Virus record (IMG/VR): IMGVR_UViG_3300027983_001732 | Span: 1,035-65,034 of that record | Strand: one strand, 5' to 3' | Length of the DNA stretch: 64,000 nt | Origin: a virus | Taxonomy: Duplodnaviria; Caudoviricetes | Shown here: positions 58,736 to 64,000 of the stretch, one piece after another | How positions within the stretch are numbered: the stretch's first letter is position 1 | Layout: each line of letters begins with the position of its first letter | Notes under the pieces: generated by a model | Told to the model about the DNA's origin: nothing | The model's database searches: none | Seen by the model: the letters and a program-made list of their open reading frames with translations, nothing else | Position numbers and translations under genes: made by a program

Positions 58736-58804
58736 ATCGCAAATGAAAGGTCCGTTGCGACCTTTCGTTTTTATTTTTGTATGTCATTGGATTAGGATAA
58801 TTAC

Positions 58805-59890
58805 ATGTTTATATTGTTTTTGTTGCCGTTCGCCGTTGGATTTATCTCTTTCATTATTGTATCTCTGATCAAAAAAAATGGTCAGAAAAAATTTACTGCT
58901 GACAAGGATCATTGTCTTCCAATTTGTGAAGATTCAGAAAAGGTTTACAGCTTTGATAAGGCTGAAAATAAATTTAAACGGGGTTTCTCATGGTTGTGGC
59001 CGCTCTGGCCTCAGCTTCAGATCGATCCCACATCATCGAATGTAAATAAAGATTCAGAAAAAGATTTAGTAAAAGATTCAGAAAAGGTTTACAGCTTTGA
59101 TAAGGCTGAAAATAAATTTAAACATGTTGCTACTTTAGGTGGCGATCGGGGTTTCTCATGGGTTCAGGTGAAGGACGCTGGACTCTGTCCTCAGCTTCAC
59201 ATCACTGCCAGCACTCAAAATCATGTTTCAATTACATCAGATGAATGGAACGATATTAAAGAAAAGATGAAACATAGAGAGTTTGTTGGATCGACTTCTA
59301 AAGAAAATTTCTTTATGCCGGAAGTTGGTCTAAATGAGTTTCGGATTTTGCCAATTTTGAACAGTTCTAATATCCATATTTTACGTCGTCAACATTATGT
59401 AAATTGCAAAGTTGCTCAATGTGGAAAACATTTTGATACATCTATAAAAAATAGATGGTCAGGCGAGTGTCCCTTATGTGATGCTTTTGAAAATGGAGAT
59501 AACAAATCAAAGTATTTTAAGCCTACTGAAAAATTCTATTATAATGTCTTACATAATGGTGAAGTTAAGATGTTCTCCGCTGGCAGTGCTGTTCATCAGC
59601 AAATTGTACAAGGAATCGTTGGAAGCCTTGCAGAAGTTAACCCACTTGGAGACATCACAGATCCAGTAAATGGTAGAAATATAAAGATGACAACAAATAT
59701 GGTTACGACCTCTTCCGGTCTTAGTTACCCTAATCACAAAATCAGTTTTTGCCCGCCATCGTCAATGGGTACAAAAAAATTCGTAGAAGAATCCATGAAA
59801 AGTTCATACGATCTGAATTTTGTTGCAAAATCTTGGAGCAAAACATCAGATGAATTATTGTCATTCAAAGCACAAGTTTGCTTTACATAG
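58805..59890 (+). CDS. Second gp32-like SSB with N-terminal hydrophobic segment
   Basis: FRILP, CPLCD, KFYYNV, GDITDPVNGRNI, YPNH parallel the 13835 SSB. Confidence 0.6.
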   Translation: MFILFLLPFAVGFISFIIVSLIKKNGQKKFTADKDHCLPICEDSEKVYSFDKAENKFKRGFSWLWPLWPQLQIDPTSSNVNKDSEKDLVKDSEKVYSFDKAENKFKHVATLGGDRGFSWVQVKDAGLCPQLHITASTQNHVSITSDEWNDIKEKMKHREFVGSTSKENFFMPEVGLNEFRILPILNSSNIHILRRQHYVNCKVAQCGKHFDTSIKNRWSGECPLCDAFENGDNKSKYFKPTEKFYYNVLHNGEVKMFSAGSAVHQQIVQGIVGSLAEVNPLGDITDPVNGRNIKMTTNMVTTSSGLSYPNHKISFCPPSSMGTKKFVEESMKSSYDLNFVAKSWSKTSDELLSFKAQVCFT

Positions 59891-59914
59891 TTGCTCCAGT
59901 GACATACAATAAGT

Positions 59915-61018
59915 TTGTTTGGCAAAATTTCAACGCTGGAGAGTAACGTGAATCGTAATAAAGTTCGTGGAATGATCATCGGCGGAGCTATTGGCGATGC
60001 ACTCGGAATGGCTGTCGAAACTTGGAGTCCAGAAAAGATCCTTGAGGTTTATCCTCAAGGTATCAAACGATTTATTCCTCCAACAAATCACAAGTGGTTT
60101 GATCCAGAGAAAACTCCGGCTGGAAGCACGACAGACGACACACAACTCACGCTTGCTACAATGCGTGGTTTTGTGATTGGTCAAAATCAAAATAAGGCAA
60201 ATTCTGAACTAGATTTTGCTGACCATTACATGAAAGGCATAGCCGAGGCTCATTGTGATGCTATGAAAAAGACAACGGATGGCTGGGGACACACAACACG
60301 TGATGCCATCCGTCGTCTTTCCAATGGCGTTCACTGGACGCTCTCCGGAAAAACAACTGAAGCTAATCGTGGCACTGGCAATGGCGTGCCAATGAAATGC
60401 TCACCATTAGCGGCATGGTATGTATCTTCGATTGGAAAATCATTAATTGAATTTTTTGATTTTGACAAATTCTGTGTCGATTATTCAGCGATGACACATT
60501 ACTCAAAGATGTCCGCTAAAGCATGTTATTGCCATGTAAATGCTGTTCATGTATGTTTGATAAACACGCCTTCAATTTTTAATCCTTCTGACTTTGCCCA
60601 AATTGTTTCACAATGTGCAGAAGAATTAAATAATGATGTATCTCATCTCAACGACGCTCCTGATAGACTTGAAACAAGAATGATGGATTTAATTCGTCTT
60701 TGCGACGATCTTCCATCTATGTCTCAAGAACAAATCATTACAGAATTTGGTAACGGTTCATGTTATGTCTATGACAGCTTGCCGTTTTCATATGCGTGGT
60801 TTTTGAAAAACCCGTTTTCTTTCCAAATTTTGGAGCAGGTAGTTATGGCTGGTGGAGATACTGACACTAACGCAAAAATGGTTGGCGAAATGTTGGGAGC
60901 ATTGCATGGATTTGACGCCATTCAAACTTACATGCCATGGGCAATGGAAGAACTTATTGATTCCGATGAAATCTTGTCAGTAACTGATCAATTCTGCGAT
61001 GCTTTCGGGATTAATTAA
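59915..61018 (+). CDS. ADP-ribosylglycohydrolase
   Basis: AIGDALG, TTDDTQ, GNGVPM, GGDTDTNA. Confidence 0.9.
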   Translation: MFGKISTLESNVNRNKVRGMIIGGAIGDALGMAVETWSPEKILEVYPQGIKRFIPPTNHKWFDPEKTPAGSTTDDTQLTLATMRGFVIGQNQNKANSELDFADHYMKGIAEAHCDAMKKTTDGWGHTTRDAIRRLSNGVHWTLSGKTTEANRGTGNGVPMKCSPLAAWYVSSIGKSLIEFFDFDKFCVDYSAMTHYSKMSAKACYCHVNAVHVCLINTPSIFNPSDFAQIVSQCAEELNNDVSHLNDAPDRLETRMMDLIRLCDDLPSMSQEQIITEFGNGSCYVYDSLPFSYAWFLKNPFSFQILEQVVMAGGDTDTNAKMVGEMLGALHGFDAIQTYMPWAMEELIDSDEILSVTDQFCDAFGIN

Positions 61019-61089
61019 CATGGAAAACAATAACACGTCGGATGCTGATGATCGAAACAAGCTTGTAACTCCTTGTGAAATAACAAAAT

Positions 61090-61452
61090 TTGCATTATAA
61101 CATGAAAATCGGTAATATCCCGATCGTCATGTATTCATATACTTTCAACGAATATGTTGTCCCCAATTTCATGCTAAAAACTAGGAATGGAGATCAATGG
61201 ACTGTCGAATATGAGCCTTTGGATTCCACTCCTGTTATTCAAGGTTCTTTAGCAGGAACACTACATAATAACAGTGCTCCAGCCTCTGCTTTTATTTGTT
61301 TACGTGACGGAGGTGATTGGAAATTAAATGAACTTACAGGAGTGATAACTGCTGTGTTTGATGATGAGCCACATAGCGAACATTATCTTTATGTTAATTA
61401 CGAGGCTGGAAATAATCATCAAAAAATTAATTGGTTGCAGGAGGGGTTTTGA
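61090..61452 (+). CDS. Hypothetical protein ending INWLQEGF
   Basis: 120 aa ORF. Confidence 0.55.
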   Translation: MHYNMKIGNIPIVMYSYTFNEYVVPNFMLKTRNGDQWTVEYEPLDSTPVIQGSLAGTLHNNSAPASAFICLRDGGDWKLNELTGVITAVFDDEPHSEHYLYVNYEAGNNHQKINWLQEGF

Positions 61453-61970
61453 TTTCGACAAATGACACAACGATTTTGGCTATGCTAAGTCGCTATCCAG
61501 ATATTTCAGTCGCAGAACAAGATGAATATATTTCTAAAATTCAATATGAAGAAAATATTCCAATTTGTTTGGCAGTGGTTGGAAGAATTTCCAAAGAAGA
61601 ACTGACGCCTTCAGCAAGAGGCGTTTTTGATGAATTTTCAAGGTGGTCTGTAAATCGAACCAGAATGTTCAAAAACGAGCAAGTGTCAGATCGTTATCGC
61701 ATGAAAGAAAATAGAACTGCGATTCGGATGGCACAGCTTCATCAGCAAGGAAAAATTTCTGATCAAGTAATGATGTTGTATGGAATTTCTGGTGATTTGC
61801 CAGAAAGAATAGTTTATGCACAACTTACCGAAACAGAAAAGCGAGAATTGTGGGAGGAACGAATGGTCAGTCGTCTTGGACCTCAATGGAGAAGGCATGT
61901 CAGTAATTTACCTGCCATATTCTGCGAAATACAACATGGCACTCACAACTGGCTTCAGGAAGGATTTTAA
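61431..61970 (+). CDS. Hypothetical protein ending HNWLQEGF
   Basis: 179 aa ORF. Confidence 0.55.
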   Translation: MVAGGVLISTNDTTILAMLSRYPDISVAEQDEYISKIQYEENIPICLAVVGRISKEELTPSARGVFDEFSRWSVNRTRMFKNEQVSDRYRMKENRTAIRMAQLHQQGKISDQVMMLYGISGDLPERIVYAQLTETEKRELWEERMVSRLGPQWRRHVSNLPAIFCEIQHGTHNWLQEGF

Positions 61971-62043
61971 TTCAACATTGTGTCAAAACAGTGGACAAGC
62001 TTATTTAAAACACTATAATCGTGTAAATTTGGAGATTCTTTAA

Positions 62044-62313
62044 ATGAAGCTTTCAGACGCAGCGAAATCTGGAATCAGTAGATTGCGACGACCAATGTGG
62101 GCAAACAAAGACGCTTACTTAAAAATAGATCTCTTGGACGATGGCGTCATGGGACCGTGGTTCCATTTGTACGACCGAGGAATGCAAGAACTACTTGGTG
62201 AGCCAACTCCTCAAAGTTTTTTATCCACTCCAGACGCAGTACGTGATTATGTTGAATACTCCGGTGAATTAGACATGTCAGAAAAGATTTTGGTCGCAAA
62301 GTCTCAGGCATGA
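62044..62313 (+). CDS. Hypothetical protein
   Basis: 89 aa ORF with GGAG RBS. Confidence 0.55.
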   Translation: MKLSDAAKSGISRLRRPMWANKDAYLKIDLLDDGVMGPWFHLYDRGMQELLGEPTPQSFLSTPDAVRDYVEYSGELDMSEKILVAKSQA

Positions 62314-62341
62314 AACCTCTAAATTTTTAAGGAATTTCGTT

Positions 62342-63571
62342 ATGGACAATAAAATTGTTCACATCATTGGCGGCGGAACTGTCAGCCATCTGGCATCCCA
62401 TCTAGCAACTTGTGCTCCAGCTTATGGCGGCACTGCTCGTAGGCTCTATGAAATCTGCACTGGAAAGTTCTCCAAACTGGAGATCCGACTTCATCTTACA
62501 AAAATGGCAAACGCTGGTCGAGGCGATCTTGAAACAAATGGAGACATTGAGAGTCTGATCGACAAACTGATTGATGATGATCGAACTAGAATTATTATTT
62601 TGAATGCTGCGTTGGTTGATTTCGGCAGCACAGACGACAACAAGCACGGCGAGAGATATTCGACTCATAAAAACAAAGCCATCTCTTTAGAATTGTTTGC
62701 TCTTCCAAAAATTGTAATGAAGATTCGCAAGAAGCGAAAAGACATATTTTTAGTGGCATTTAAACAAACTTGCGGGCTGACTGAATCGGAGCAATATATT
62801 GCCGGACTCGATTTGTGTAAAAGAGCATCGTGTAATCTTGTTCTGGCAAATGATGAAAAGACACGATTGAATATGGTCATTACTCCTGAAGAGGCAAAAT
62901 ACCATGTGACTACCGATCGCATGGAGGCTCTTGTCGGTTTGGTTGAGATAGCAAAGTGTCGTAGTCATTTAATGTTCACTCGCTCAACAGTAGTGGCTGG
63001 CGATCCAATTCCGTGGAATTCTGAATTGGTTTATCCATCACTGCGTGCTGTGGTGGATTATTGCATCGCACAAAGAGCATACAAGCCATTCAATGGCTCT
63101 ACCGCTGGACATTTTGCTTGCAAATTAGATGAAGACACATTCCTTACATCTATTCGCAAAACTGATTTCAATGATCTTCCAAAGAATGGATTGGTGAAAG
63201 TCATTACTGATGGGCCCGACAGTGTAACTGCTTATGGTGCAAAACCATCTGTTGGAGGTCAGTCGCAACGTATTGTGTTCCATGATCATATCGACTATGA
63301 TTGCATCGTTCATTTTCACACCTTAATTAGACACGGCAGTCAAGTGCCCGTGGTTTCACAGCGTGAATTTGAGTGCGGGAGCCATGAATGTGGACGTAAT
63401 GTGTCAACAAACTTAAAACGGTTTGGAAATTTAAGTGCTGTTTATCTCGATCAACATGGACCAAATATTGTATTTCATCATTCTGTTGACCCCGCTGAGG
63501 TTATCTCGTTCATCGAGGAAAATTTTGATCTATCGACCAAAACAGGAGGTTTTGTCAGCTTGTCTTCCTAG
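62342..63571 (+). CDS. CoaB/DFP-like domain fused to a class II aldolase-like domain
   Basis: GGGT, NAALVDF, FLVAFK, NLVLAND; GHFA, KPSVG, IVHFH, HGP. Confidence 0.6.
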   Translation: MDNKIVHIIGGGTVSHLASHLATCAPAYGGTARRLYEICTGKFSKLEIRLHLTKMANAGRGDLETNGDIESLIDKLIDDDRTRIIILNAALVDFGSTDDNKHGERYSTHKNKAISLELFALPKIVMKIRKKRKDIFLVAFKQTCGLTESEQYIAGLDLCKRASCNLVLANDEKTRLNMVITPEEAKYHVTTDRMEALVGLVEIAKCRSHLMFTRSTVVAGDPIPWNSELVYPSLRAVVDYCIAQRAYKPFNGSTAGHFACKLDEDTFLTSIRKTDFNDLPKNGLVKVITDGPDSVTAYGAKPSVGGQSQRIVFHDHIDYDCIVHFHTLIRHGSQVPVVSQREFECGSHECGRNVSTNLKRFGNLSAVYLDQHGPNIVFHHSVDPAEVISFIEENFDLSTKTGGFVSLSS

Positions 63572-63621
63572 TCTGTAGATCATTTTCATTATTTTCTTTT
63601 TTCAACATTACGGAATTTAAA

Positions 63622-64000
63622 ATGTTTTGGTTAGCTTTGTTGGTTTTGTTTATTATTAGCATATTTGCATACATCTTTATTGCAATTATTACAATGAAAA
63701 CGAAACCACGATCGAAATATTCTGTTGTGCATTATGATGGATGGGGAGATTTTAGGATGGTTCATACATCTCAACTAAACCATGATGATGACAAATCTGT
63801 CGATGATGACAAATCTGTCGATGATGACAAATCTGTCGATGATGACAAATCTGTCGATGATGACAAATCTGTCGATGATGACAAATCTGTCGATGATGAC
63901 AAATCTGTCGATGATGACAAATCTGTCGATGATGACAAATCTGTCGATGATGACAAATCTGTCGATGATGACAAATCTGTCGATGATGACAAATCTGTCG
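63622..64000 (+). CDS. Partial membrane-anchored protein with DDDKSV repeats
   Basis: ATG 63622, N-terminal TM (MFWLALLVLFIISIFAYIFIAII), open to the window end. Confidence 0.6.
   Translation, partial: MFWLALLVLFIISIFAYIFIAIITMKTKPRSKYSVVHYDGWGDFRMVHTSQLNHDDDKSVDDDKSVDDDKSVDDDKSVDDDKSVDDDKSVDDDKSVDDDKSVDDDKSVDDDKSVDDDKSVDDDKSV
63784..64000 (+). repeat. Perfect 18-nt tandem repeat GATGATGACAAATCTGTC, at least 12 copies
   Basis: Directly visible; runs off the window end. Confidence 0.95.

Noticed and set aside
63771-63992. Minus-strand SSSTDL repeat ORF and possible CRISPR-like array
   Set aside because: Antisense shadow of the DDDKSV repeat; there are no spacers, so it is not CRISPR.

Overview
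AT-rich, densely coding segment that looks like part of a large (jumbo) T4-like dsDNA phage genome. It carries T4-type replication and recombination genes (UvsX/RecA, two gp32-like SSBs, gp41-like helicase, UvsY, UvsW, dNMP kinase), a short family-A polymerase, a sigma-like protein, a Ski2/Hel308-like helicase, glycan-modification enzymes and a large ABC/OmpA/vWA/PspA membrane cluster. Inside the replication operon sits a type V-H-like CRISPR effector (Cas12h-like, about 921 aa, RuvC triad intact) with a 28-repeat array and no cas1/cas2/cas4 in the window. The most unusual signal is a set of at least seven solitary CRISPR-repeat-like units outside the array. Four are variants of the array repeat. 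Three, plus a half copy, belong to a second sequence family with the same length and hairpin architecture. All sit at gene boundaries in the sense orientation of local transcription, suggesting Cas12h-dependent mRNA processing/regulation or RNA decoys. Also noted: a promoter-driven, hairpin-rich non-coding region of about 450 nt ending in a repeat variant, T4-like capsid-targeting N-termini and a shared C-terminal WxxxGF motif. All assignments come from motif recognition by eye; no searches were run.
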